Source of the DNA: Desulfobacterales bacterium
GTDB taxonomy: Bacteria; Desulfobacterota; Desulfobacteria; Desulfobacterales; JAHEIW01
Direction of reading: 5' to 3'
NCBI GenBank assembly: GCA_050123865.1
Contig: JASFGH010000001.1
Location: forward strand, 1-34,387
DNA length: 34,387 nucleotides
The notes under the pieces were generated by a model. It saw only the letters and a list, made by a program, of their open reading frames with translations, was not told where the DNA came from and did no database searches. A program made the translations under genes and the position numbers. This document shows positions 16,887 to 26,803 of this stretch, piece by piece (the stretch's first letter is position 1; the number at the start of each line of letters is the position of its first letter).

Positions 16887-17894
16887 ATGTTAAATCCTAT
16901 GAAAAAAATCACCATTGGGTTTTCGATTCATCGACCGGAAATCATCGGCCTGACTGCAGATTTAATGCAGGCTCACGAGGCCCTTTTTTTGGAAGAGCCG
17001 CCCCAGGCAGGCTTTCAGCAGATGCTGGCAGGAGCCCTTTCGGTTGAAGAATATCTATTGCCGGTGGATATTGAATATCCGGTGTTCAGCCGCCAAATGT
17101 GTCGGCTTTTGCGTAAAATGCATGCTGAGGGGAAAAAGATCTTTCAAGTGGAGCCGTTTTTACAGCACCTGCTAACTGTTCATGAGTTTTTCGCCCAGGG
17201 ACATCGTCCAGAGGAATTAGCAGCGGGTTCGCCAGAAGAACAGGTATATACAGCCGAAAGGGATGCCACCAGGGCCCTGTTGGACTATTACCAGATTGTC
17301 ATTAAGGGTACATTCGAAGAGACCATCGAGGCGGTCATGCGCTTTGCCCGCGCCGATGCCGCCCGCTTCCGCTTGCGTGATGTTCTGCGCGCCCGGGCCC
17401 TGGCCGAAGCCATCACCCGGTATGCATCCGCGTTCATCGAAGCCGGGTCGATTCATTACGGTCTATATCTGCAGCTCAAAAAAAAGCTGACCAAGCATGT
17501 CCATATCAAACCCGTATTTATCGCCCACAAAGCGCTGCAAACCATCGGCGAGCGCGGCCATTTGTATGGACCGGGCGATCAGTTAACGCTGAGCTACATC
17601 CTGCATGCCAACAGCAAGGACACTCAAGCCGACGCATTGCTGGCAGCCCGCTCGTTGGTTTATTCAAAGCTTGTCCAAAAAGAGGAGCTGTCAGCTGATT
17701 TGGAAACATTTCCGCACATTCGCAACGAACTTGCTTGTATTCAAACCGTCCAGCGATTGACTTTGGGGGATTGCAAGCGTTTATTTCCATTGCTCCGTCG
17801 CACAAAAAGCGTTAACGTCCGACATGTGGTCGAAGATTATCTGGTGCGCTTCAAAAAACAGTTGCTGCCTACAATAATTGACTTGTCCAATTAA
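16887..17894 (+). CDS. Hypothetical protein, 335 aa, no recognisable domain (orphan operon gene 1)
   Basis: Long ORF with no competing frame and a weak SD (GCAGGAAT). No TM segment or signal peptide. Helix-rich, Arg/Ala/Leu-rich central part. Followed after 27 nt by the next gene, which has SD AAGGAGA. Confidence 0.6.
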   Translation: MLNPMKKITIGFSIHRPEIIGLTADLMQAHEALFLEEPPQAGFQQMLAGALSVEEYLLPVDIEYPVFSRQMCRLLRKMHAEGKKIFQVEPFLQHLLTVHEFFAQGHRPEELAAGSPEEQVYTAERDATRALLDYYQIVIKGTFEETIEAVMRFARADAARFRLRDVLRARALAEAITRYASAFIEAGSIHYGLYLQLKKKLTKHVHIKPVFIAHKALQTIGERGHLYGPGDQLTLSYILHANSKDTQADALLAARSLVYSKLVQKEELSADLETFPHIRNELACIQTVQRLTLGDCKRLFPLLRRTKSVNVRHVVEDYLVRFKKQLLPTIIDLSN

Positions 17895-17921
17895 TCCAGC
17901 GCCAAGGAGAATATCGTAAAT

Positions 17922-18338
17922 ATGAAACCGATACCGTTTAATCCCCAAAAAGACCTTGCGCCCATGGTATTTAGCTCCCATATTTGTCAATTGGCACAAG
18001 AGATTAAAAGTCTGGGAATCGATTGGCAGCCGCACGTAGGATGTTTTGTATGGGACCCGGAGAACACGATCGAGGTCGATTCGCCTTTCCCGCATCGCAT
18101 CTATTTTATCTTAAGCATTCCGCGATTTATCGACATCTTCGTCAGCCGGGAAGCCATTGTTGAAAAGCTGGTGTGGCTGCCGACTTGGCATCAGGCCCGC
18201 TTGCTTTGCCAGCAGCTGAACGTACCGGATGATGACGTAACCCATATCTGGCAAAGCCAGACATCTCTTTCAGCGGGTGAAGAGCTGCATAAAATCTATG
18301 AACTGATTATCAATGCCCTGAAAAAGGGGCAAAGGTGA
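17922..18338 (+). CDS. Hypothetical protein, 138 aa (orphan operon gene 2)
   Basis: ATG preceded by AAGGAGA. The stop overlaps the next start (GTGA at 18335-18338). No recognisable motif. Confidence 0.6.
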   Translation: MKPIPFNPQKDLAPMVFSSHICQLAQEIKSLGIDWQPHVGCFVWDPENTIEVDSPFPHRIYFILSIPRFIDIFVSREAIVEKLVWLPTWHQARLLCQQLNVPDDDVTHIWQSQTSLSAGEELHKIYELIINALKKGQR

Positions 18339-18730
18339 CTGGAGGGATAAGGGCTGTGCCAACATCACAATTGAATACGCGAATCGAACAACTGTGTGAA
18401 GACCTCATTGCTGAACAACGGGGTGATCCGGCTGCCTTTCCGGCTGAACTCAACCAGGTGGTATTTCGTGTTTATCGAACATTTATTGCTGGCTATCTTA
18501 TCTTTGTACGGCAAAACGAGTCCAAACCGGTAGACTGGTTACCCGAAAAGCTTGTTATTGATTGGGAGCTGGTTGACGGCATGCGCCATTTTTTCTCTGA
18601 CTATCAGCATATCATCAGATCTTTTTTAAACTTAAACCGGCAACTTAACCCGCTTCGTAACATAGACAGAGACAAACAGCCTGGATTGTACCGGGACCTG
18701 GTTTCCGAAATAATTGCCAGCACGGCTTAG
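18335..18730 (+). CDS. Hypothetical protein, 131 aa (orphan operon gene 3)
   Basis: GTG start overlapping the upstream stop. No recognisable motif, TM segment or signal peptide. Confidence 0.5.
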   Translation: MTGGIRAVPTSQLNTRIEQLCEDLIAEQRGDPAAFPAELNQVVFRVYRTFIAGYLIFVRQNESKPVDWLPEKLVIDWELVDGMRHFFSDYQHIIRSFLNLNRQLNPLRNIDRDKQPGLYRDLVSEIIASTA

Positions 18731-18752
18731 AGAACATGTCGATCATCTGCGC

Positions 18753-19913
18753 TTAAAGCGGATCGCGCAGTGCTTCGGCGTAACCCGTCAATTCTGCGTA
18801 CCCGTCCGCCTTTAGAGGTTTTTTTGCGGCCGTACCGGTTGCCGCTACGCTACCTTCCCAGTAAATAATGCCCGTGCTTGCCGTTGTGACCATTTCCTGA
18901 TCGAGTAAATTGGCAGCAATGTTCAGTTCAATCGCAAGCGGCGCGATATTCAGCCGCCAGGCCACCGGATAAACCGCGCCGGATCGGGGGCTTTTCCACT
19001 GGTCCAGGACAGTAACCCTAAAGTCTTTTCCGGTTAGATGCCGGGCAACCCCCCATCGATCAATAAAGGTTCCACTGGATGCCGGGTTTAACTGCCCGTT
19101 CTGGTCTCTGAGCATGTACAGCATGAGCTCGGTTTGATCGGACAGCTGCAAGCTAAACCAGTCCCAGCCGACAATGTCCGCCTCTAATGATGCCGTACTG
19201 TATTCATGGTCCATCCAGCTCAGGCCTTCAACGGAAAATGTCTTGTCGTCGATCCTCAAAATTCCATTGGTTATCAGGCGCGTCAGCGAATAATAACAGC
19301 TTGCCCTTTCGGCAGTCGACCCCTTGCGGCTGTACCCCGCCTGCCCGTGTAAGGCGGGCGGCTTGGCCGGCTGCAACCTCAGCTCGAATGCAAAATCCGC
19401 CGTGCGCGCTTTTAGCGTGTGGCTGTCAGCACCGATGGTGGCCGACCAATCTTTGATAAATACAGTCGTTTCAAATGCTGTTTGAGCGATGCCTGCCATA
19501 TCCAAAGCACCTCTGGCCATTTGTTCGGTATGGCGGTGCTTTTTTTTATTCAGATCTGATATGGCGGCATGCCCGGCATAAATCTGCTGGGTGCGCCAGG
19601 CAGACGATGGCCGCGGCCAATCCTGAATGCTGTCGCTTGGGCTCATCTGGTTGCGAAAAAACGTTAACTGGAAACCATAACGCTCGCCTGATTCAGTTTG
19701 TAAATTGCCGGTATAATACCACCATTCGATGCGGTACCCCGGATGGGGTCCATGGTCTTTTGGGAATGTTAAATGACAGGGCTCGGTGACCGCTAAAAAG
19801 CCCTCCTCCTCTGCAGCCATCACTTGATGGCCGGTTACGGCAGTCATCAGAAAAAGACACGCAAGCGCAAAGGCAATTTTTACAGATCTTTGCTTCATCT
19901 TTTTTATGATCAT
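18753..19913 (-). CDS. AttH-like / CrtC (hydroxyneurosporene synthase)-fold lipocalin-like secreted protein
   Basis: 386 aa with signal peptide KIAFALACLFLMTAVTGHQVMA. The N-terminal motif FPKDHGPHPGYRIEWWYYTGNL...YGFQLTFFR is typical of AttH/CrtC-family proteins. It lies downstream of a FtsX-type ABC transporter. Confidence 0.8.
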   Translation of the reverse strand: MIIKKMKQRSVKIAFALACLFLMTAVTGHQVMAAEEEGFLAVTEPCHLTFPKDHGPHPGYRIEWWYYTGNLQTESGERYGFQLTFFRNQMSPSDSIQDWPRPSSAWRTQQIYAGHAAISDLNKKKHRHTEQMARGALDMAGIAQTAFETTVFIKDWSATIGADSHTLKARTADFAFELRLQPAKPPALHGQAGYSRKGSTAERASCYYSLTRLITNGILRIDDKTFSVEGLSWMDHEYSTASLEADIVGWDWFSLQLSDQTELMLYMLRDQNGQLNPASSGTFIDRWGVARHLTGKDFRVTVLDQWKSPRSGAVYPVAWRLNIAPLAIELNIAANLLDQEMVTTASTGIIYWEGSVAATGTAAKKPLKADGYAELTGYAEALRDPL

Positions 19914-20046
19914 CTAACCTTAATTATTCACTACATGTTGCGGCTTTTTAATGCAATTATTGTCCTTCTGCACAATCGCACCAGCATCAGCGGTTCAATG
20001 TAAAATAAAAAGTCTGCTCTGGTCTGCGTACGTCTGCGGTTAATTT

Positions 20047-22635
20047 TCATCGCTCACGCAAAAGTGTCGCCGGCGGTTTGCGGAAAACCATATTGACCGC
20101 CGGCAGGGCCGCAGCCAGAGCCGTCATAATAATTAACGGAATCGACAACACCAGAGCGTTCCAATCCACGCTGTAGATAAATGTCCAGCCAAATGATTGA
20201 CGATTTACCACATAGACCAGCAAATAAGACAAGATAAATCCACAAAAAATGCCGGCCAACTCCCCGATGACAACCAAAAAAGCGGCTTCCCAAAATATCA
20301 TGCGTCGAATCTGCCGAAAACTGGCGCCAACGGCAAACAGGGTGTTTAGCTGACGGGACCGTTCCAGCACCAGAACGGTTAGGGTGGTGGCAATGCCCAG
20401 GGCGGCAATCACCAATGCAATCAGCAGTAAAACCGTTGTCACCGCAAATGTTTCGTCAAAAATTCGCAGTACCGCACCGCGCAGTCCCTTACCGCTGTAC
20501 ATATCGACTTTATCACCCATGCGGTCAATAATATCGTTGCGGAGCTTGGCAACCGCTTTATCTAAATCCTGCGCTCGGTCTTTGAAGAAAAAGCGCAATC
20601 CGCCCACATACTCCTGGTGATACCGGTCGTTAAATTGCGCAATGGAGTAAAAAACTACACCACCCTGAGTGCGATAATCACGCACGATGCCCAAAATGGG
20701 CAGTTTTACACGGGATTTTTCGATCTGAGCCTCGAAGACATCGCCAATGGTCAATCCGGTGCGATTTGAGAATACCTCTGACACAACAACGCCCTCACCC
20801 CGCTTGAGCATCGGACGAATGGTTTCCGGATCCCCTTTCAACCAGAAAAAAGATGCATAGCGCATAAATCGCTGCATATCCAACAGCTCAAACTCATAGG
20901 GAAACTTGCCGTAGCTTAAAAAAAACCGTCGATTGGGTAAAATGTCCACTTCAGATTTATAGTTCCGCAGATAATCCATAACCTGATGGTGGACCGGAAA
21001 ACGAAAACGATTTATTTCCCCCATTTTGGATGTTAAAAATAAATCCCCTTTGATGGTCTCATAGGTCCAATATTCCACTGTCTGACGAAAGCTGAAAATC
21101 ATGATAACCAGCGCCGCAAATAAGGCCACCGCTGTGATCAAGGCGCCTACCGAGACCGCCGTGCGCGCCCCGCTGTCACGAACATAGCGACTGGCAAGAT
21201 AGGCCGGTATACCGATCCGCTTGAACAGCAAAGATGATAGGCTTTGGCTGACCCTTTGCAAAGTCCATGGCGCCAGGAGCGCAAAACCGACAAACAGCAG
21301 AAAAATAGCCAAATATCCGGGTAGCGGCATATCCAGTACTGCGGGAAGCCGGGATAAAGGCACTACCAGCAGGATACAGACTAGCCCCCCGAAGGCAAGC
21401 TGACGGGGAGATGATCGTGACCGCACACCCAGTTGTGAAATCTCCAATGCTTCTTTGGGGGGCACCTGCCTGGCCTCCCGAGCGGGCTGATAGGCCGCTA
21501 GAATCGAAATGCCAACGGTAACAACAAAACTAAAAACAACTTCAGCCACACTCAACGAAAGGGCATCTACTTGCACACGCACAAAAAGGGTGGAAATGGT
21601 TTGACTGACGCCGTGCAGCAGATACTTGATTAAAAAATTGCTGAGGGGAATGGCCAGCAGCCAGCCCGCGATTCCCAGAAACGCGCCCTCGGCTAAAAAA
21701 ATGAAAAAAACGTGATGGGCCGAAGCGCCCGTGGCCCGCAGAACTGCCAGTTCATGCCGACGGGAAGCCGCATTCAGGGCCACCAGGCTATACACCAGAA
21801 ACATCCCCACAAACAGAGAAGCAAAGCTCAGGATAGAAAGATTGAGCTGATAAGACCTGATCATCGCCTGCCCGCTTTCGCGCGCGGCAGTCGGCGGATT
21901 CAGCAGAACACCTTCAGGTAAAAGTTGTTCAACAGCCGCCAGGTCCCTTGAATGGGCAGATGGCGCCAGCCGCAGATCGATTCGATCGACTTTGCCAAAC
22001 AACCCGGTAAATTCCTGAAAGGTGGCAATGTCAGTTATGGCAATCCGGCCGCCTTCAGCCAGCGACAGCCCGCTGGATTCCAGCATCCCTAAAATCCCAA
22101 AGCGTGCTTTTTGGCGTGCATGCTCTAGAACGAGCGTGTCACCGGAGGTGCGCTTTAATTGACGGACCAATGGTTTACCCAAGATAAGCGTATAAGGCTC
22201 TCTTAATAAGTCCAACCAGACAGCACCCTGTTGACCGTTCGGATCATCAATGCGCCATTGACGCATGGGCTGATCCAAGATCGGATCAAAACCGATCAGC
22301 AAAAACGGCTCTGCGCCTTCCTGAGCAACGCGCGTATAGGTTGATAGCACCGGTGAGGCACTTTGGATCATCGGGTGGTTTAAGAGTTCAGCAATCAGGT
22401 TGTCAGGGACATAGCCGCCCGGCCGGGTGAGCACTTGGTCCGCCTGCCCGGCAATCAAATCAATGCTTTTGGTGAAAGAATCCAGCGAGGCGTTCACCGA
22501 AAGGCGCACGCTTGCAAAAACAGCCGCGCCCAGCGCAATTCCGAAAAGTACCGTCACAGCCCGTCCCATATGTTTGCGCATATGTCGCAGACTGAACCAG
22601 ATGAAGAGGCGGAAAAAAAACAGAATATTTCTCAT
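20047..22635 (-). CDS. ABC transporter permease with duplicated FtsX/MacB-type modules (fused AttF/AttG-like)
   Basis: 862 aa. Two 4-TM FtsX-like modules, each preceded by a large extracytoplasmic domain. The start overlaps the ATPase stop (ATGA at 22632-22635). Confidence 0.85.
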   Translation of the reverse strand: MRNILFFFRLFIWFSLRHMRKHMGRAVTVLFGIALGAAVFASVRLSVNASLDSFTKSIDLIAGQADQVLTRPGGYVPDNLIAELLNHPMIQSASPVLSTYTRVAQEGAEPFLLIGFDPILDQPMRQWRIDDPNGQQGAVWLDLLREPYTLILGKPLVRQLKRTSGDTLVLEHARQKARFGILGMLESSGLSLAEGGRIAITDIATFQEFTGLFGKVDRIDLRLAPSAHSRDLAAVEQLLPEGVLLNPPTAARESGQAMIRSYQLNLSILSFASLFVGMFLVYSLVALNAASRRHELAVLRATGASAHHVFFIFLAEGAFLGIAGWLLAIPLSNFLIKYLLHGVSQTISTLFVRVQVDALSLSVAEVVFSFVVTVGISILAAYQPAREARQVPPKEALEISQLGVRSRSSPRQLAFGGLVCILLVVPLSRLPAVLDMPLPGYLAIFLLFVGFALLAPWTLQRVSQSLSSLLFKRIGIPAYLASRYVRDSGARTAVSVGALITAVALFAALVIMIFSFRQTVEYWTYETIKGDLFLTSKMGEINRFRFPVHHQVMDYLRNYKSEVDILPNRRFFLSYGKFPYEFELLDMQRFMRYASFFWLKGDPETIRPMLKRGEGVVVSEVFSNRTGLTIGDVFEAQIEKSRVKLPILGIVRDYRTQGGVVFYSIAQFNDRYHQEYVGGLRFFFKDRAQDLDKAVAKLRNDIIDRMGDKVDMYSGKGLRGAVLRIFDETFAVTTVLLLIALVIAALGIATTLTVLVLERSRQLNTLFAVGASFRQIRRMIFWEAAFLVVIGELAGIFCGFILSYLLVYVVNRQSFGWTFIYSVDWNALVLSIPLIIMTALAAALPAVNMVFRKPPATLLRER

Positions 22636-23339
22636 GGAAGGCCCGTAATCATACCGTCTTTTAGACCAATCTTGACCGACGCCATTTCATCAGCAAGTGT
22701 GCTGTGGGTCGCAATCAAAACAGTGCGTTTCCATTTTTGATTCAGTTCTGCCAGCAGATCCATAACAATTTGTCCGTTATGACTGTCAAGATTTCCAGTG
22801 GGCTCATCGGCCAGGATAATGGCAGGATCATTTATGAGGGCTCTGGCAATGGCGGTGCGTTGCATCTCGCCGCCGGAAAGTTGGGCTGGAAGGTGATTTA
22901 AACGGCTTTCAAGCCCTAACCATTGAAGCAGCTCCATGCCTTTGGGGTGGCTTTCGGCCACCGATTTGCCGGCCAGAAGCGCCGGCAGACAGATATTTTC
23001 GAGGACATTTAGCGTTGGCAGCAGATTAAAAGACTGAAAAACCATGCCGACGACCTGCCGGCGAAAGTGGGTCAACTGGCTGTCGGTTGAATTGTTTAAA
23101 TCATGCCGGGCGACTTTCAACTCGCCGGCGGAAGGCCGATCAAGGCCCGCCAATAAAGAAAGAAGTGTACTTTTCCCGGAACCACTGTTGCCTTTAAGCA
23201 CCACTAGCTCGCCAGCAGCTATCTCTAAATCGACCTGGCTGATCCCGACGACCTCGCTGTTACCCAGTTTGTAGATGCGGGTGAGGCCTTTGGCCGAGAT
23301 TACAGTTTGAGGTTTTTCATGGGTCATGGTGGATTTCAA
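22632..23339 (-). CDS. ABC transporter ATP-binding protein (LolD/MacB-type, AttE-like)
   Basis: Walker [10 protein letters not shown], signature LSGGEMQR, Walker [13 protein letters not shown]-loop ATHS. Confidence 0.9.
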   Translation of the reverse strand: MKSTMTHEKPQTVISAKGLTRIYKLGNSEVVGISQVDLEIAAGELVVLKGNSGSGKSTLLSLLAGLDRPSAGELKVARHDLNNSTDSQLTHFRRQVVGMVFQSFNLLPTLNVLENICLPALLAGKSVAESHPKGMELLQWLGLESRLNHLPAQLSGGEMQRTAIARALINDPAIILADEPTGNLDSHNGQIVMDLLAELNQKWKRTVLIATHSTLADEMASVKIGLKDGMITGLP

Positions 23340-23345
23340 AAAAAG

Positions 23346-24002
23346 TTATTTAGCCAGAAAGCCCTGTTGAACGGCATCATCAATGAGGCTTGAAACATAT
23401 TCCCATAATAGGTGTGAGCCGTCGCTAACCGGCTGCATTCGCGCAATGACCTGATTTTTTTGGATACCGTATTTTTGCCAGGTGTGGCCGCGGGTAAAAT
23501 AATTATGTAAAAATGGCTGCACTCGATCCAGGGCGTTGGCGAATTTCGATTCCGGTGTATCTTTGGCCTCATATTCATCCCATAGAGCCCGCAACGCATT
23601 GGCCTGATCTTGCGGCAGGATGTTAAAGATGCGCTCAGCCGCTTTATTTTCGCGCTTTTGTTGATCCCGGCCGCCGACTTCATCATAGCAGTATGTGTCG
23701 CCGGCGTCGATTTCAACCAGATCGTGTATCAGCAACAATTTGATCACCTGCAGGAGATCCAAATTCTCATCTTCGGCATATTCTGAAAATATGAGCACCA
23801 GCAGTGCGATGTGCCAAGAGTGCTCGGCCGAATTTTCCTGGCGGGAAACATCCAGCAGAGTGGTTCTACGATCAACTTTTTTAAGCCGATCCGCTTCCAG
23901 TATAAATTCGATCTGGCGTTTGAGACGCTTACTACCCACAGACCGGGTTTTACTTAGTGGTGTTTCAACACCGATTTGGCTTTCACCGCCTGCTTTCAAC
24001 AT
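23346..24002 (-). CDS. HD-domain phosphohydrolase (YfbR-like 5'-nucleotidase fold)
   Basis: The H...HD...D metal motif reads ENSAEHSWHIALL...LLLIHDLVEIDAGD. The gene sits 6 nt upstream of the ABC ATPase gene. Confidence 0.75.
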   Translation of the reverse strand: MLKAGGESQIGVETPLSKTRSVGSKRLKRQIEFILEADRLKKVDRRTTLLDVSRQENSAEHSWHIALLVLIFSEYAEDENLDLLQVIKLLLIHDLVEIDAGDTYCYDEVGGRDQQKRENKAAERIFNILPQDQANALRALWDEYEAKDTPESKFANALDRVQPFLHNYFTRGHTWQKYGIQKNQVIARMQPVSDGSHLLWEYVSSLIDDAVQQGFLAK

Positions 24003-24040
24003 AAGCCAACTCCTGATTTCTCAATGATCGTCGTTAGTTG

Positions 24041-25255
24041 TTATTTTTCGCGGGTATATCCCCATACGGCGTACACCGGATCGGAAAACAGCATTTGCGA
24101 GGCGTACTTATCATTAGCCGGTCGCGGCAGCCCGCGCATGGAATAAGTTTGTAGATTAGCATATTGACCGGATTTTAGGAAGAATTCAAGTACCAAACCC
24201 AAACGCTCAAATTCGTGTAACTCAGACCAGATGCGTATGGCTTTGGGTGGAAACCAGCGGTTGGAGAACGTGACGCTAAAAATACCACCCGGCTTAAGAA
24301 CACGATTGATTTCTTCGAAAACTTCAAATGGATGAACCAAATATTCAACCGAAACCGTGCAGATCGCCGCATCGAAAGCGTTATCATCAAAAGGCAGTTG
24401 CGGATTGTCGTTCAGGTCGTGAACACAAAAATCGGACAACCGATTGTTGGCCTGCAGTTCTTCTTTATTCATTCCAAGGCCGGTGACGGATTCTATAGGG
24501 AGGTCCTCAGGAAGATGAGACACCCAGCTGCTCATCAAATCCAGGACTTTGCTTTCGGGCTGCACTAGTATGCCGTAAAGCCGACTGATGGTACCAATGG
24601 CCGTATCATCGATGTGTTGCACCAGGCGAGGCTGGTCATAAAACTTTTCGTCGGGGCTTTCGTCCGCCCTTCGGAAGGGATCATCAGCAAAAAAATTGGT
24701 GGACCTGCCGTTTATGCGAGACTGCATCCCCGGCCCGCTGAGAGTGGTCTCGGCCCAGTCAATACTGGTACCGCCGTGTTCTTCAAATTTCTCGCGTACG
24801 TCTTTGATGGCCGCCATAAATGTAAGGCTTTTATCCGAAAGGGGATGATTCGCATCTGCCTTGATGCCCTCACCATTGGTAGTTACACAGCGAAAAGGGG
24901 TCATGTTATTCGGATAGACACCCGCTACTTTGGTGAGAATCCCCAGTGGATAAAATCGGCCGAATCTCGGCTGGATCGGCTCTGTCTGAGGTGAAAGGGG
25001 TGTAATCTGACGTTGATGGAATGCATAAATGCTGCGTTCGTCTCTGGCCGCCACTAAAGTGCCCGGTTTGGCCTCCATTGCAACCTGATCACCGGTTTGT
25101 TTACCGTGCAATTCATCGAGTAATTGTGGAGGCAGGAAATCCCGCCATATGTTAACTCTCTGACCGTAGTAACGGTCGGTATGCTGAATGCCGTTGTGCG
25201 TAAAAGACGCGCTAAATTCGACACTGGCCAGGACATCTTCAGATATTTTTTCCAT
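24041..25255 (-). CDS. Two-domain protein: N-terminal ~200 aa of unknown (possibly FKBP-like) fold fused to a class I SAM-dependent methyltransferase
   Basis: 404 aa. The C-terminal half has KVLDLMSSW..., FDAAICTVSVEYLVHP and VLKPGGIFSVTFSNRWFP (Methyltransf_11-like). The N-terminal half (VEFSASF...RVNIWRDFLPPQLLDELHGKQTGDQV) only loosely resembles SlyD/FKBP. Confidence 0.7.
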   Translation of the reverse strand: MEKISEDVLASVEFSASFTHNGIQHTDRYYGQRVNIWRDFLPPQLLDELHGKQTGDQVAMEAKPGTLVAARDERSIYAFHQRQITPLSPQTEPIQPRFGRFYPLGILTKVAGVYPNNMTPFRCVTTNGEGIKADANHPLSDKSLTFMAAIKDVREKFEEHGGTSIDWAETTLSGPGMQSRINGRSTNFFADDPFRRADESPDEKFYDQPRLVQHIDDTAIGTISRLYGILVQPESKVLDLMSSWVSHLPEDLPIESVTGLGMNKEELQANNRLSDFCVHDLNDNPQLPFDDNAFDAAICTVSVEYLVHPFEVFEEINRVLKPGGIFSVTFSNRWFPPKAIRIWSELHEFERLGLVLEFFLKSGQYANLQTYSMRGLPRPANDKYASQMLFSDPVYAVWGYTREK

Positions 25256-25421
25256 TACATTTTCCTTTTTCCATATGTGGTCATATAATGTTTTTAAGGC
25301 GTAATCATTTTACGATAATGATTAATTCGACAAGTGCAATTCGGAAATTCATAAACGGGTCATTTAGTGAGGGGTAAAAGCAGGGTGATAAAATCGAACA
25401 CTGAAGTGCGCTTGCAAGTCT

Positions 25422-26794
25422 TTAGAGCCGGTTTAAATCTTGTTTGTAGGATTGCGCCTGTTTTAGAATGCGCCGCTGATCTTTTGGATTTTTGCGATGC
25501 CAGGTTCGGTACATCATGCCGATACGGGGATTATTTTGCAAGTTATCATGATGCCGGGCAAAGAAATCCCAGAACAGACAGTTAAACGGACAGGTCGACT
25601 CTCCGTATGCTTTGGTACGATCGTAGCTGCACTGACTGCAGTAGTCGCTCATTTTGTTGATGTAGTTTGCTGATGACACATAGGGTTTTGTGGCAACCCG
25701 ACCTCCGTCCGCCCACTGGCTCATTGCCCGAGTATTGGGCATCTCTACCCATTGGATGGCATCGATGTATACACCCAGATACCATTCTTCGACCTGGTCG
25801 GGATGCACGCCGGCCAGCAGCGCGAAATTTCCGGTGACCATCAGACGTTGAATATGATGGGCATAAGCATGCTCTAATGATTGACCAATAGCAGTCTGCA
25901 TGCATTTCATTTTCGTCTGGGCAGTCCAGTAAAAATCGGGCAAGTCAGCCTTGTGCTTGAAAAAATTCATGTCTCCCAATTTCGGCATCAACGTCCAATA
26001 GACACCGCGCATGTATTCACGCCATCCTAAAATCTGGCGCACGAAGCCTTCAATCTGTTGAATCTTGATGGTGCGTTTTTGCTTTTCCCAGGTTCGAATG
26101 GCCGCTTTGATGACTTCCAGCGGATGCAGCATTTTCGTGTTGAGCGCAAATGAAATGCGGGCATGGAATAGCGCCCAGCTTTTGGTGGTCATGGAATCCT
26201 GATAGGTTCCGAATTCTTTGAGCCCATCTTTCAAAAAGGCATTCAACAGCGCCCTGGCCTGGGATCGGTTGATCGGCCAGATCAGATTTTGTGGATTAAT
26301 GGCACCAAAGTTTTGACACCATCGTTTTGGATCATTTGATGGAGATTGCGGACGTCGTTTCGAAACAGCTTGGGCTTTGGAATCGGAACTCGGCCATCAT
26401 AGCGTCTGCGGTTTTCAACATCAAAGTTCCAGCGCCCGCCCTGCGGCTTGTCGCCATCCATTAAAATATCGTGCCTTTTGCGCATCTGGCGATAAAAGGA
26501 TTCCATCAGGTAGCGCTTTTTGCCGGCAAAAAAATTCTTGAAATCCTGGCGCCGGGTCAAAAAATGCTCGGTATCAACCGCCTCCCCGGGAACCGAAAGC
26601 GATTTGACCAGCTTGCGCAGCTCAACATCCAGGCGGTATTCATCGGGCAGCAAATACTCGAAACGTTCAAACTGCTGTTTTTTGAGCAGCTGTTTAATGT
26701 TGCCCGCGATGGTTTGTTGATTTTTGGGATCATCCAGCCGCAGATAAATAACCGTGTGCCCTTTTTCTTCTAGTTTTTCTGCAAAAGCGCGCAT
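25422..26794 (-). pseudogene. FeS-BCP / (6-4)-photolyase-type cryptochrome-photolyase (PhrB/CryB family, COG3046), 5'-truncated and frameshifted
   Basis: The N-part (26794-26282) starts at MRAFAEKLEEKGHTVIYLRLDD, which normally lies ~55 residues into the family. The C-part (open frame from about 26313 to 25422) contains GTYQDSM, IEGFVRQILGWREYMRGVYW, HAYAHHIQRLMVTGNFALL and the four Fe-S cysteines (MKCMQ, DYCSQCSYD, STCPFN). The frames are joined by a 1-nt shift in an A4 run (plus-strand T run 26311-26314). Confidence 0.8.
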
Positions 26795-26803
26795 GGCGGC
26801 ATG

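Noticed and set aside
25302-25324. Inverted repeat TAATCATT-N7-AATGATTA, 47-69 nt upstream of the methyltransferase start, as an operator or terminator.
   Set aside because: An 8-bp AT-rich stem is within chance expectation and too weak for a terminator. There is no supporting recurrence elsewhere.
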